Shown here one piece after another: positions 39,743 through 48,711 of a stretch of 64,000 nucleotides of DNA. The notes beneath the pieces were generated by a model. It was not told the origin of the DNA, searched no databases, and was given only the letters and a program-made list of their open reading frames with translations. The stretch lies in the IMG/VR virus record IMGVR_UViG_3300031853_000032, positions 3,598 through 67,597 of that record; one strand, given 5' to 3'. Both the position numbers and the translations under genes were made by a program. Every line of letters begins with the position of its first letter. Within the stretch, counting starts at the first letter, position 1. This DNA is from a virus (lineage: Duplodnaviria; Caudoviricetes).

Positions 39743-40759
39743 ATGGACTGGGGTAGAGGATATACTTCAAAATACATAGGAACTTTAGTCGATCCAGATA
39801 CATGGAAAGATCTTGTCGAGGTTCCTATTGTCGATGGTCAGATGACTCGTGATATTGAGACTGACCTTGTTGAATCTGCTTCAGTTACAATAACCGACGA
39901 TTACAGTGACAGAGAGCTACTTTTTAGAATATACATGGTTGCCAAGCAAGAAGGCAGTATACTTAATAGAGTGGCTCTCTTTACTGGAGTCGGAATAGCA
40001 CCAACTAAAACTATAAACGGAAGAATATTTAGTTATAGCATAGATCTGCAGTCGGTTCTTAAATTTGCCGATGACAGACTTCTTCCGCTTGGCTGGTATG
40101 CTTCTACCGGTATGCCTGGAGCTTATATCGTAAGAAACCTTTTCAGAGAGTGTGGCATACAGGTTGACAATGATATTTCAAATTCACCAGCATTGAAAGA
40201 GGAAATTGTAGCCGAAAGTAGTGAAAGCTATCTTAGTATGGCTGTTAAAATAATAAAGGCGATAGAATGGAGAATAAGAATTGACGGGTTTGGGGTTGTG
40301 CATATCGAACCATTACCGACAACAAGTTCTCTTCTTATATCATCGCTCGGGCTTGATATTATCGAGAAAGAGATAACCGATAAAAAAGATTGGTATTCTT
40401 GTCCAAATGTTTTGAGAATAACCACTGATACAGGATGCTGTATAATAAAAGACAGTAACGAAAATATGAGTGCCAGATATTCGATTCCTAATAGAGGTCG
40501 AGAAATATGGGCTGAAGAAGAGGCTAATCTTTCTGAAAACGAAACCGTTACTGAGTTTGCTTACAAACGTCTTAAAGAATTGCAGAAACCACAGAGGGAG
40601 CTGTCATATACAAGAAAATTTAACCCGAATGTCTACGTTGGGGATATTTTATATTTGAAATATGCAGCACAAGGGATTGACGGTATGTTCAGAGTTTCAA
40701 ATCAGAATATTCCTTTCACGCATGGATCTGCTACTGGAGAGACTGCCAATGAAATATGA
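39743..40759 (+). CDS. minor tail protein (baseplate hub-like)
   Basis: 'MDW..GY....VDP.TW.D' and 'D.LLP.GWY..W..RI.G.G..D.Y.CPNV' pattern; position. Confidence 0.65.
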   Translation: MDWGRGYTSKYIGTLVDPDTWKDLVEVPIVDGQMTRDIETDLVESASVTITDDYSDRELLFRIYMVAKQEGSILNRVALFTGVGIAPTKTINGRIFSYSIDLQSVLKFADDRLLPLGWYASTGMPGAYIVRNLFRECGIQVDNDISNSPALKEEIVAESSESYLSMAVKIIKAIEWRIRIDGFGVVHIEPLPTTSSLLISSLGLDIIEKEITDKKDWYSCPNVLRITTDTGCCIIKDSNENMSARYSIPNRGREIWAEEEANLSENETVTEFAYKRLKELQKPQRELSYTRKFNPNVYVGDILYLKYAAQGIDGMFRVSNQNIPFTHGSATGETANEI

Positions 40760-43634
40760 TGAACGAGAATTCTTAAAAGCAATAGAAAAACTAACAAGAA
40801 GACAAACTTCTTACGACACAACCGCAACAGTTAAACGTGTAGAAGGAAACACCGCTTGGGTTCATATAGAAGGCGGATATGATGAAACTCCTACTAAGAT
40901 GACTGTAAGCGCTAAACAGGGTGATAAAGTAAGAGTAAGAATAGCTAACGGAAGGGCTTGGACATATGGTAACGAATCTGACCCTGGTATTGGTGCTGGT
41001 TCTTTTATCGGCGAAAGTGATTCTGGAAAACCAATTACCGTGTCAGATATGTTTAACGCACTTAAAGCAAATGGCATAACTGTAGAATCTGATTTGCACG
41101 GTTCCGTTGTAGCTAACGCGCAGTTTGCATCTGAGATTTCGCAAAAAGCTGATCTTATTAACATGCGGGTATTTGGTTTTGACGGAAGTGAATCAAATAC
41201 ATTACAGACAGTTGAAGGTGTTGCATTTGTAACAGTGAATGAAGATGGATCTTCGACAACATGGATTAAAGGTGGTAGTATAGATACCAAAACTATAACT
41301 GCTGACACAGGTTTTTTCAAGTATCTCGATACAAACTATCTTACGGCAGACTTTGCTAACCTTAATTCTGCCGAGATTAACACCGCTAAAATTAAGGACT
41401 TATTCGTGCAAGTTGGTCTTATAAGAGATGCCACGATATCTGAAGGCCATATAACCGGGTATCTTGATGCGGTACAAGTTAACGCTAACAATATAACTGC
41501 TGGCACTTTAGTTGCTGATAGAATACTTCTTAAATCTCAGTCTAACAAGACCGACAGACTCACCGTTACAAAAAGGTTAAACGAAGAAATAGCTTTTATA
41601 TCTGACGGCATTACTACTAGTTTTACACTTCAAGTATCACCCGACGAGATAAAAGATGTCAAAATAAATGGTGAATCTGTAAGCACTTATCGAGTGGGAG
41701 AAGTAGACGGAAAAATAAGATACATTGAGCCTTATGAGATCGAAACTCATCAGGAAGGGGCTGATATCGTATCAACTGAAGTTCCTGTATTGAAAGATAA
41801 GGTTATAACGATTGTTTACGATGTGACTCCTTTTATATTTACGCTTGACTCTGTTCCTACAGTAAGTCTTAAATATCCTATAAAAGTAACTAAAGGGAGT
41901 TATAATTACCTGCATCTTAACAATGGGGTTCTTGAGTATAAACAGCATGTAAGTGATGAGTTCTGGACACCAGTTCCTACAGAGGATATTGTACCGGTTA
42001 ATAAGGTAACTGTGCTTAACGATGATGCTGGAAACCTCACAAACCAGATAGCGCTTGATATTCTGTTAACACCTGGTGATGTATACAGTGTTCTTTATCA
42101 TGCTACGGGCTTGTATGAGTCCATGAATGGTGAAGAGTTTAACACGGAAGAACTTGATAATTATTGGCATTATGGTTTTCATTCAAAAGATGAGTATGAA
42201 ACAGCACTTAGGTCAAAGATTCATGGAGATCATATAATAGCCAAATCTCTCACAGCCACATCTGTTTATGTTGATGACATCGCTGCATTTGAAGCTAATC
42301 TCGGTGGTTTTATATTAAACGACGAAAAAGATTTGTATAAGCCGTCTTCTCACATGGATGGTATATATAATCTTGATGGCTTTGAAGGTATAAGGTCAGC
42401 CAATGCTACAAATAATTCTGGGGTTGGATTTTACTCAGGTTCTGTATGGAAACTTGATGATCAGGGTCATGTAATGCATGAAACAATAGGTGATGAACAA
42501 GTTCCACTAAAAGAATATGGGTTTAGAATTGGTGATAACACTCAGTATGTGCAGTATGTTAACGGTAAAATTTCTATAAAAGCCGACACTCTAGAAGTAA
42601 AAGCTGGTGATGCTGATGCTCCTGATTCTAACGCCTCAGAGATTAACCTGTATAAAGGTATTATAGGCGCTCCTACGATAAAGTTTAAAACTCTTGAAGG
42701 GTATTGGTCTGATAAGCTTACAGATATTGATCCTGAATCAGAACTAACGACTCCTGGTAGTCCTATCATAAGGATAACTGGCGAAAATAAGTCGGTTCTT
42801 GCTGAATTCAAAAAGCATGTTTCAGATACTAACGAGTATATAACAACTGTTACGATAAACGGATCTGAAGGAAGCATAAACACCTCTGGGCCAGTTATAT
42901 CTGAAAATCTTATAACAGCATCGACCGGATTTACTACCACAGGATATGTAACAGCTGATGGTGAAATAACTGGAGGTAGTTTAGGTACTGCTGGAGCTAG
43001 TATTAACGCTGCCGGTGCTGTATCGTGCACTAGTGTAACTTCAAGTGGTGCTATGACAGCTGACACTTATAACGGTGTTAAACTAGCAGTTCAAAATGGT
43101 ACTCCTGGATATATGCTTGATGGTAGTTTCCGCCGTTTTAGATTTCCCTCCGGTAATGCTACAAGCGCTGTTGTACGAAAGGGCTACACGTTTGCAAACT
43201 CTACTAGTGACAGCGTTGCTGGAGGGATGGATAATTTCATAAATAAAGTAATAAGTTACACAGGTAACACTAACCCAACTCTTAATACCGGTTATTACCA
43301 AGGGTGCAGTGTAAATTTTGGATCTATAATATCGTCTTCTACTCTTACAAGACGTGCGGTAGATTTTGCATATGTTGATACGGATGATGAAAAGAGTAGC
43401 TGGTATGGACCAATTAAATCGGGTGAGGTTGTAGTTATTTTTGGTAAAGTTGGACAAAGTGATTCTCACACGATACTTGTTAGTTCTAATGTTGGTTATT
43501 CAATAGACACGACTTTCTCAAATAATTATACAGTACAAATGACAACAGTAAGATCTAGTGCTAACAATTATAACATAAAAATAACACCAGATGGTTCAAA
43601 CTCGTATGAGATATGTGCATATACCTTAATATAA
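40749..43634 (+). CDS. tail fibre / tail-tip protein
   Basis: likely start MKYDE at 40749, overlapping the upstream stop; 'L.A..ITAG.L' repeats typical of tail-tip proteins. Confidence 0.65.
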   Translation: MKYDEREFLKAIEKLTRRQTSYDTTATVKRVEGNTAWVHIEGGYDETPTKMTVSAKQGDKVRVRIANGRAWTYGNESDPGIGAGSFIGESDSGKPITVSDMFNALKANGITVESDLHGSVVANAQFASEISQKADLINMRVFGFDGSESNTLQTVEGVAFVTVNEDGSSTTWIKGGSIDTKTITADTGFFKYLDTNYLTADFANLNSAEINTAKIKDLFVQVGLIRDATISEGHITGYLDAVQVNANNITAGTLVADRILLKSQSNKTDRLTVTKRLNEEIAFISDGITTSFTLQVSPDEIKDVKINGESVSTYRVGEVDGKIRYIEPYEIETHQEGADIVSTEVPVLKDKVITIVYDVTPFIFTLDSVPTVSLKYPIKVTKGSYNYLHLNNGVLEYKQHVSDEFWTPVPTEDIVPVNKVTVLNDDAGNLTNQIALDILLTPGDVYSVLYHATGLYESMNGEEFNTEELDNYWHYGFHSKDEYETALRSKIHGDHIIAKSLTATSVYVDDIAAFEANLGGFILNDEKDLYKPSSHMDGIYNLDGFEGIRSANATNNSGVGFYSGSVWKLDDQGHVMHETIGDEQVPLKEYGFRIGDNTQYVQYVNGKISIKADTLEVKAGDADAPDSNASEINLYKGIIGAPTIKFKTLEGYWSDKLTDIDPESELTTPGSPIIRITGENKSVLAEFKKHVSDTNEYITTVTINGSEGSINTSGPVISENLITASTGFTTTGYVTADGEITGGSLGTAGASINAAGAVSCTSVTSSGAMTADTYNGVKLAVQNGTPGYMLDGSFRRFRFPSGNATSAVVRKGYTFANSTSDSVAGGMDNFINKVISYTGNTNPTLNTGYYQGCSVNFGSIISSSTLTRRAVDFAYVDTDDEKSSWYGPIKSGEVVVIFGKVGQSDSHTILVSSNVGYSIDTTFSNNYTVQMTTVRSSANNYNIKITPDGSNSYEICAYTLI

Positions 43635-43656
43635 CTCATTCAGGAGGAAATTCAAA

Positions 43657-43956
43657 ATGGATCGTAAAATAACGTCTGATACAATTATAGATTCTGGAGT
43701 ATTTCTCGATTATGCAAAGAAACTTGTAACCGAGTATGCTAAAGAGCATCTTGATAAGTCAGACCCTGACTATAATGATGGTTTTGATGTATTTATCGTG
43801 TGGTATGCTAAGGAACTTAAGAATCATAAAGCTCTTGTGTCAACAACTCTTCGTGATGGTATGTACTACGAGCTTACATACAACGGGCTTACCAATGAGA
43901 TATATTTCGATGCATACAAGAAATTCGACAACAAGTGTGTTTATATTCCTGAGTGA
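43657..43956 (+). CDS. DUF6275-like phage protein
   Basis: 'VW..K.L.N.KAL.STT..DGMYYELTYNG...E.Y.DAYKK..N'. Confidence 0.75.
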   Translation: MDRKITSDTIIDSGVFLDYAKKLVTEYAKEHLDKSDPDYNDGFDVFIVWYAKELKNHKALVSTTLRDGMYYELTYNGLTNEIYFDAYKKFDNKCVYIPE

Positions 43957-44127
43957 TTGGTCAAACGTTTGCAGATATATTAAAAATACGTGGTGATAAT
44001 TCCATTGATCCTATGGTGATGTCATTAGTATATGTTCACAATAACAACAATAAAATCTTTCTCAAACAACAGCCGATAACATGTATCTGCAAACTTCGAT
44101 AGTCTTTGTTTACTTAAAGCATTATTC

Positions 44128-44340
44128 CTACATATTTAGGAAATGATGGCTGGTAATAAACAGACCGGATAAGTTTGATGCAAGAAGTAATAATAAGACT
44201 TTAAATATGCCACAAATAAACGAACATTTGGTAGAATTAGCGGTAATTCCTATTCCGAATGTTTTATATTTGGGCGCATAAGGGCTTTTACTGTAACAGG
44301 TAATTGCTCTTTTGGAAGGTGATATTTTTAACCTTCCCAT
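44128..44340 (-). CDS. possible small basic/hydrophobic protein (only plausible minus-strand gene)
   Basis: AGAAAGGAG 7 nt before the ATG on the minus strand; lies in an otherwise empty intergenic gap. Confidence 0.3.
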   Translation of the reverse strand: MGRLKISPSKRAITCYSKSPYAPKYKTFGIGITANSTKCSFICGIFKVLLLLLASNLSGLFITSHHFLNM

Positions 44341-44367
44341 GATGGATCTCCTTTCTTGTGAATGGTT

Positions 44368-44426
44368 TCTAGAGTCGTTTAAATGGTAAGACTATTACAA
44401 TGCCAGTTCGAATCTGGTCTCTAGAA
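44368..44426 (+). ncRNA. tRNA-like element lacking an anticodon arm (2)
   Basis: acceptor TCTAGAG/CTCTAGA; D arm GTTTAAATGGTAAGAC; 9-nt linker; T arm GCCAG-TTCGAAT-CTGGT. Confidence 0.7.
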
Positions 44427-44475
44427 TTGCAACTAAAAACTCTTTATCTCAGCACATTTCGGGAGGATGCGCTTC

Positions 44476-45192
44476 ATGGACGAATTTGATAAGAAAGCGG
44501 AACTGTTTTTTGGTATCAAACTTGACGAGTATCAGAAAAAGTTTAGGGATGCTATTTTATCACCAAAGTACGATCTCGTCGCTGTAAATGCAAAGGCTGG
44601 AACTGGTAAAACAACGATTGCGGTTTGTGCTAGCGTGCTTCTTCATTATTACAGAGACTACGATCAGATAATATATGTCATGAGTCCTGTAGCAGAACAA
44701 AAACAAGGGTTCTTACCAGGTTCAATTGCTGAAAAATCGGCACCGTATTTCGAACCTTTAATTCAAGCTCTTACTGAGGCGAACGAGGTTCCAAATCAAG
44801 TTCTTGACACGGATGATAATATAGATGGACGAAAGAGAGGTACAGCTTACGTTAGACCAGTGACACATACGTTCGTCAGAGGTTGCAACATAAAGAAGTC
44901 AGTTGTCATAATTGATGAAGCTCAGAATTATTACATGGATGATCTTAAGAAAACTATAACAAGGTGCCATGATTCTGACAAAGTTATCCTTATAGGTCAT
45001 ACAGGACAATGCGATATCGTACAGCACCCTGAAAGATCCGGATTTAAAGTTTACTTCAGAGCCCTTATGAGTGACATAGAATCGGGCATAGTAACTAGAG
45101 GACAGGTGTGCGAATTAAAGAAAAATTACAGAGGCTGGCTTTCAAATTGGGCCGACGATGTACAGTTTGACAATTATAGATTTAGTCAGTAA
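44476..45192 (+). CDS. phoH: PhoH-like ATPase
   Basis: Walker A 'AKAGTGKT', 'GFLPG...EK..PY', 'RG.N.....VIIDEAQN', 'TR.....K.IL.G...Q.D'; GGGAGG spacing favours 44476. Confidence 0.9.
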   Translation: MDEFDKKAELFFGIKLDEYQKKFRDAILSPKYDLVAVNAKAGTGKTTIAVCASVLLHYYRDYDQIIYVMSPVAEQKQGFLPGSIAEKSAPYFEPLIQALTEANEVPNQVLDTDDNIDGRKRGTAYVRPVTHTFVRGCNIKKSVVIIDEAQNYYMDDLKKTITRCHDSDKVILIGHTGQCDIVQHPERSGFKVYFRALMSDIESGIVTRGQVCELKKNYRGWLSNWADDVQFDNYRFSQ

Positions 45193-45202
45193 AAGTACGA
45201 AT

Positions 45203-45240
45203 AAAAGAACTTGTTAAAAAAGCAGGTTCTTTTATTTTTT
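45203..45240 (+). terminator. intrinsic terminator
   Basis: AAAAGAAC..GTTCTTTT stem followed by a T-tract after phoH. Confidence 0.7.
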
Positions 45241-45266
45241 CGTGAGAAATAAGTATCGTCTTATAG
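45240..45266 (+). promoter_or_regulatory. TCGTGA-N15-TTATAG motif (putative early promoter)
   Basis: fixed spacing; recurs at least 12 times upstream of early genes. Confidence 0.7.
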
Positions 45267-45304
45267 AAGTAATGTTAACTTTTGATCGTAAGGAGGTAAC
45301 AAAT

Positions 45305-45481
45305 ATGGATATTTACAAATACGCAGAAGAGATTGATTACGGTGCTGATTATTATGATTGGGCTACCGGTAGAGTTTATCATATTCAGGATTACGGTATA
45401 GCTCTTAAGAGAGGATTAAATCCTAAGGGCATAGCTGTAACTGAAGATGGTGAGTTTATCGGTATTGCCGAAAAGAGATGA
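45305..45481 (+). CDS. hypothetical protein
   Basis: AAGGAGGT RBS favours 45305. Confidence 0.7.
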   Translation: MDIYKYAEEIDYGADYYDWATGRVYHIQDYGIALKRGLNPKGIAVTEDGEFIGIAEKR

Positions 45482-45527
45482 CTGTAATAATTAAAAGCTA
45501 AAGGAAGATATCACGAATAACCCGTTG

Positions 45528-45564
45528 ACATACTTCTGGTCCTGAGTATGACCAAAAACTACTC
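45528..45564 (+). repeat. pseudoknot-forming repeat copy 1
   Basis: GGTC-CT-GAGTA-T-GACC-AAAAAC-TACTC followed by a T-tract. Confidence 0.8.
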
Positions 45565-45574
45565 TTTTATTTTT

Positions 45575-45601
45575 TCGTGAAAAATATTTATCATGTTATA
45601 G
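45575..45601 (+). promoter_or_regulatory. TCGTGA-N15-TTATAG motif
   Basis: exact spacing. Confidence 0.7.
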
Positions 45602-45637
45602 AAGTAATGTTAACTTGATCGTAAAGGAGGTAACAAT

Positions 45638-45937
45638 ATGATTAAGAAGCTTATTACAATAATACTTATGACAACATTATTAACGGTTGGCGCGGTTGGT
45701 ATTATCTGCTCAATGATCTATGTTGTAGATCAGAAAAGAGTTGTAGCAGTTGAGCAAGACTACACTGCTAAAATAGCTGAGATGGAAGAAGCTCACAGTG
45801 CAGCTCTCAATGATGCTTACGACATAAACAAGAGCTTAGATAGAGCAATCGCTGGTTTAAGACCTGATGGAAACATAACTAGATTTGTAACAATAGGACA
45901 GTCAACATATAAGGTGACAATCACGAATACTCGTTAA
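45638..45937 (+). CDS. membrane-anchored hypothetical protein (MIKKLI paralog 1)
   Basis: N-terminal TM; leader shared with 46306..46539. Confidence 0.75.
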   Translation: MIKKLITIILMTTLLTVGAVGIICSMIYVVDQKRVVAVEQDYTAKIAEMEEAHSAALNDAYDINKSLDRAIAGLRPDGNITRFVTIGQSTYKVTITNTR

Positions 45938-45973
45938 CATACTTCTGGTCCTGAGTATGACCTTAAACTACTC
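45937..45973 (+). repeat. pseudoknot-forming repeat copy 2
   Basis: GGTC-CT-GAGTA-T-GACC-TTAAAC-TACTC followed by a T-tract. Confidence 0.8.
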
Positions 45974-45985
45974 TTTTTTATTTTT

Positions 45986-46012
45986 TCGTGAGAAATTTTA
46001 TATGCTTTGTAG
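45986..46012 (+). promoter_or_regulatory. TCGTGA-N15-TTGTAG motif
   Basis: exact spacing, one mismatch. Confidence 0.6.
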
Positions 46013-46050
46013 GTAACTTGTAAACAGTTTTATAGAAAGGAGCAAAATTT

Positions 46051-46164
46051 ATGAAACAAAAAATATGTAAAGTAGTGGCAATAATGGCAATAATACACGG
46101 CTGTGTGGCAATCGCAACCGCAGTAGGAGTTATTGTCGCTGAAATCAATCGTTTCAAAAGTTAA
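46051..46164 (+). CDS. 37-aa hydrophobic peptide (not in ORF track)
   Basis: AAAGGAG RBS; MKQKICKVVAIMAIIHGCVAIATAVGVIVAEINRFKS; paralog of 47469..47636. Confidence 0.65.
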   Translation: MKQKICKVVAIMAIIHGCVAIATAVGVIVAEINRFKS

Positions 46165-46242
46165 AGAATGTTAAGACAACTGAATAAGGAACCTAAATTA
46201 ACAAGCACATCAGAAATGTTTTAGTGTGCTTGTTTTATTTTT

Positions 46243-46269
46243 TCGTGAGAAATAGTTGCCGTGTTATAG
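46243..46269 (+). promoter_or_regulatory. TCGTGA-N15-TTATAG motif
   Basis: exact spacing. Confidence 0.7.
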
Positions 46270-46305
46270 AAGTAATGTTAACTTGATCGTAAAGGAGGTA
46301 ACAAT

Positions 46306-46539
46306 ATGATTAAGAAGCTTATTATAACAATAACACTTATGGCAACATTAATGGTTGGCGCTATTGGTATTATCTACGCGATGAACAATTCTGTAGATCA
46401 GAAAAGAGTAGCGGCAGATGAGCGAAACAATGGAGTTGAATCAATCGAAGTTGAGAACATCGAAGTTGAGAACATCGAAGTTGAGACAATTAAAACATTT
46501 GAAACTCAGACTAAGCCGGCTAACGTTAAGACCTGGTAA
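46306..46539 (+). CDS. membrane-anchored hypothetical protein (MIKKLI paralog 2, IEVEN x3 repeat)
   Basis: 5' half nearly the same as 45638..45937; a decayed copy of that gene's 3' end lies downstream at about 46550-46654. Confidence 0.7.
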   Translation: MIKKLIITITLMATLMVGAIGIIYAMNNSVDQKRVAADERNNGVESIEVENIEVENIEVETIKTFETQTKPANVKTW

Positions 46540-46653
46540 ATACAGACTATAGACAAGCATTTAGATAGACCAATGACAGTTTAAGACCTGACGTAAACAT
46601 AACTAAATTTGTAACAATAAGACATATAAGGTAACAATCACAAACAATCATTA

Positions 46654-46690
46654 ACATATTTCTGGTCCTGAGTATGACCTTAAACTACTC
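46654..46690 (+). repeat. pseudoknot-forming repeat copy 3
   Basis: same core as copy 2. Confidence 0.8.
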
Positions 46691-46730
46691 TTTTTTATTT
46701 TCGTGACATATTTTGAGGGGGTTAAACATT

Positions 46731-46892
46731 ATGTTAAATTGTAGAAACTGTAAGTATCATGTAAACTGCACGGATGATGATACTAAACTTTATTGCAACG
46801 TCTATAAGAAAAAATACGATGTTTTAAAACTCGGATGTATTTATTTCGTTGACAAAAATAAGAAGAAACGTGAAAGATCTGCCATTCTATAA
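46731..46892 (+). CDS. 53-aa Cys-rich peptide (not in ORF track)
   Basis: GAGGGGG RBS; MLNCRNCKYHVNC..C..C. Confidence 0.55.
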   Translation: MLNCRNCKYHVNCTDDDTKLYCNVYKKKYDVLKLGCIYFVDKNKKKRERSAIL

Positions 46893-47060
46893 TGTCTGGT
46901 GTTACTTTTTTAGAACATATGCTTAAACAAAACACACAAACACAGCCAAATTTATCCACAAAACTAAAAGCATATGTTCCATCTGTATTGCCCTGGTGAG
47001 CCTGGCAAACTCATCAGGCTTTCTTAAAGTTTTATATTTCAATGAAGGGGGACAATACTT

Positions 47061-47408
47061 ATGAAGAAAGAAGAGTGTAAAGAAGGAACGCTTATCGTAA
47101 AGAAATGCATCGGTAACATCAAGAACATAGGTAACATTAACGAAGATGAGTTTGATATTTGTGAGATTATAGAAATTCGCAATGGTAGTCTCATCGAAAA
47201 TAGCATAAGAGTTAGAGATTCTCTCGGTAAAGAATACTGGACTGTTCCTGCTATGTGGGTTAAAGCTACAACTGACGTGATTGACTCTTACATGATAAAG
47301 ATTCACGAAGAGGTTAACCATAGATTCACAATGTACAAACTAGCCAAAGAAAGAGAAAACAGAATAATGGTACTTCGAGAAATTTATGAAAAGAAAAATA
47401 ATTCGTGA
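47061..47408 (+). CDS. hypothetical protein
   Basis: AAGGGGG RBS; ORF track. Confidence 0.65.
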   Translation: MKKEECKEGTLIVKKCIGNIKNIGNINEDEFDICEIIEIRNGSLIENSIRVRDSLGKEYWTVPAMWVKATTDVIDSYMIKIHEEVNHRFTMYKLAKERENRIMVLREIYEKKNNS

Positions 47409-47429
47409 AAAAATTTGTACCCTTTATAG
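47403..47429 (+). promoter_or_regulatory. TCGTGA-N15-TTATAG motif
   Basis: exact spacing; overlaps the upstream stop codon. Confidence 0.7.
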
Positions 47430-47468
47430 GTAACTAGTAAACAGTTTTTACAGAAAGGATGTAAAATT

Positions 47469-47636
47469 ATGAAACTTAATAAGAAAGCAGAACTGAAGGA
47501 AGCTAAGAAAGGAAATAAGGTAATGACAGTAATACTTAGTTGTGTTGCAATCACAGCTACAGTAGGTGCTGTTGTAGGAATCGTTTCCAGAGTTAAAGCA
47601 CACTTTAGCAAATACGCTGAGACGACAGAGTCATAA
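47469..47636 (+). CDS. 55-aa single-TM peptide (not in ORF track)
   Basis: AGAAAGGA RBS; leader and terminator shared with 46051..46164. Confidence 0.65.
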   Translation: MKLNKKAELKEAKKGNKVMTVILSCVAITATVGAVVGIVSRVKAHFSKYAETTES

Positions 47637-47721
47637 TTAACTAAAACAAACAACTGAATAAGGAACCTAACAATCAAGCGCATCAGAAATATTTGGTGCG
47701 CTTTTATTCTTTGGAGGAGGA

Positions 47722-48129
47722 ATGGACGACCCGTTTTATATTTCAAATAATAGAAAGCTGGAACTTATATACTTCTGCAAACAATATGTAGAATGGGAGA
47801 TAAAATTAAACAGTCTCGATGAATTTGCGATAAGAGTTAAAGTTATTGATTCAAAAATCATCGAATACATGCCAGGAGTATCTGATCCAGCAAGCTCTTT
47901 GCTATCTTCTCGGGAACAGTATGAAGCATCTCTCGACATTGTTGATGAAGCTCTTGACCTCACAGTAGAAGACAATGAAGAACTTCGAGAAGGAATATTT
48001 GATGTTGTATGCTTAAGTAAATCTTTTGACGAGATCGTAAAAGAAGGGTTCGCTTATTCAGAAGATGACTTTATACTAATACTAAACAAGTTCTTTTATA
48101 TTCTCGATAAGTTAAGGGATTCGTTATAA
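47722..48129 (+). CDS. hypothetical protein, possibly a transcriptional regulator (RinA/ArpU-like)
   Basis: GGAGG RBS; 'Y.IS.NR..EL.YFC.QY.EW' pattern recalled from related phages; function call weak. Confidence 0.4.
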   Translation: MDDPFYISNNRKLELIYFCKQYVEWEIKLNSLDEFAIRVKVIDSKIIEYMPGVSDPASSLLSSREQYEASLDIVDEALDLTVEDNEELREGIFDVVCLSKSFDEIVKEGFAYSEDDFILILNKFFYILDKLRDSL

Positions 48130-48147
48130 AAATCAGTCATATTATGT
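48121..48147 (+). promoter_or_regulatory. TCGTTA-N15-TTATGT motif variant
   Basis: same spacing. Confidence 0.55.
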
Positions 48148-48181
48148 AACTATAAAACAGTGTAACAGAAAGGAGCAAATT

Positions 48182-48616
48182 ATGAAAAAAGAAAAAGGCA
48201 CACTGGACGTCGACAAGAAGATCGAGGAGTTTGATAAGCTTGTCAAGACTCAAAGAGATGACTTTAACAGGAGTACTGACGGTCCTTGGGTACGAGCACT
48301 TGAATCGTATTGCGATCTTAAAGGTATCCAGATTAAAGCTGAGTCTGATAAAAGGGCTGCAAATGCTCAGATAACATCAGCTTTTATTAGAGGTAGTTTC
48401 GAAGTAATAGCTGCTGGATTAGGAGCATTGGGTCTCATAAAAAGTGCTCAGATTAATCAGGTTACTACACTAGCTAGCAACAGGCAGATTCATAAGTATC
48501 TTGAGGAGAATAGGTACGCTAATCAACAGTTTGATATTGAAGGCAAGGCTATCAAGTCTAGACTTTCTCAGACGTCTGAGAAACCTTATAACGATGCCAT
48601 GAAGTTCAAACACTAA
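48182..48616 (+). CDS. hypothetical protein
   Basis: AAAGGAG RBS; ORF track. Confidence 0.7.
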   Translation: MKKEKGTLDVDKKIEEFDKLVKTQRDDFNRSTDGPWVRALESYCDLKGIQIKAESDKRAANAQITSAFIRGSFEVIAAGLGALGLIKSAQINQVTTLASNRQIHKYLEENRYANQQFDIEGKAIKSRLSQTSEKPYNDAMKFKH

Positions 48617-48665
48617 ATTTAGTTTCAAGTATAAAGCCAGGAGTAATAACCTGGCTTTATATTTT

Positions 48666-48692
48666 TCGTGAAATTAAGTTGGTCTTTAATGA
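48666..48692 (+). promoter_or_regulatory. TCGTGA-N15-TAATGA motif variant
   Basis: same spacing; follows a terminator hairpin. Confidence 0.55.
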
Positions 48693-48711
48693 AAGTGAGA
48701 AAGGAGGTTAA

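Noticed and set aside
45240-46700. CRISPR-like array from the regularly spaced repeats
   Set aside because: Spacers are 350-700 bp and contain genes; the repeats are terminator/promoter units; no cas genes
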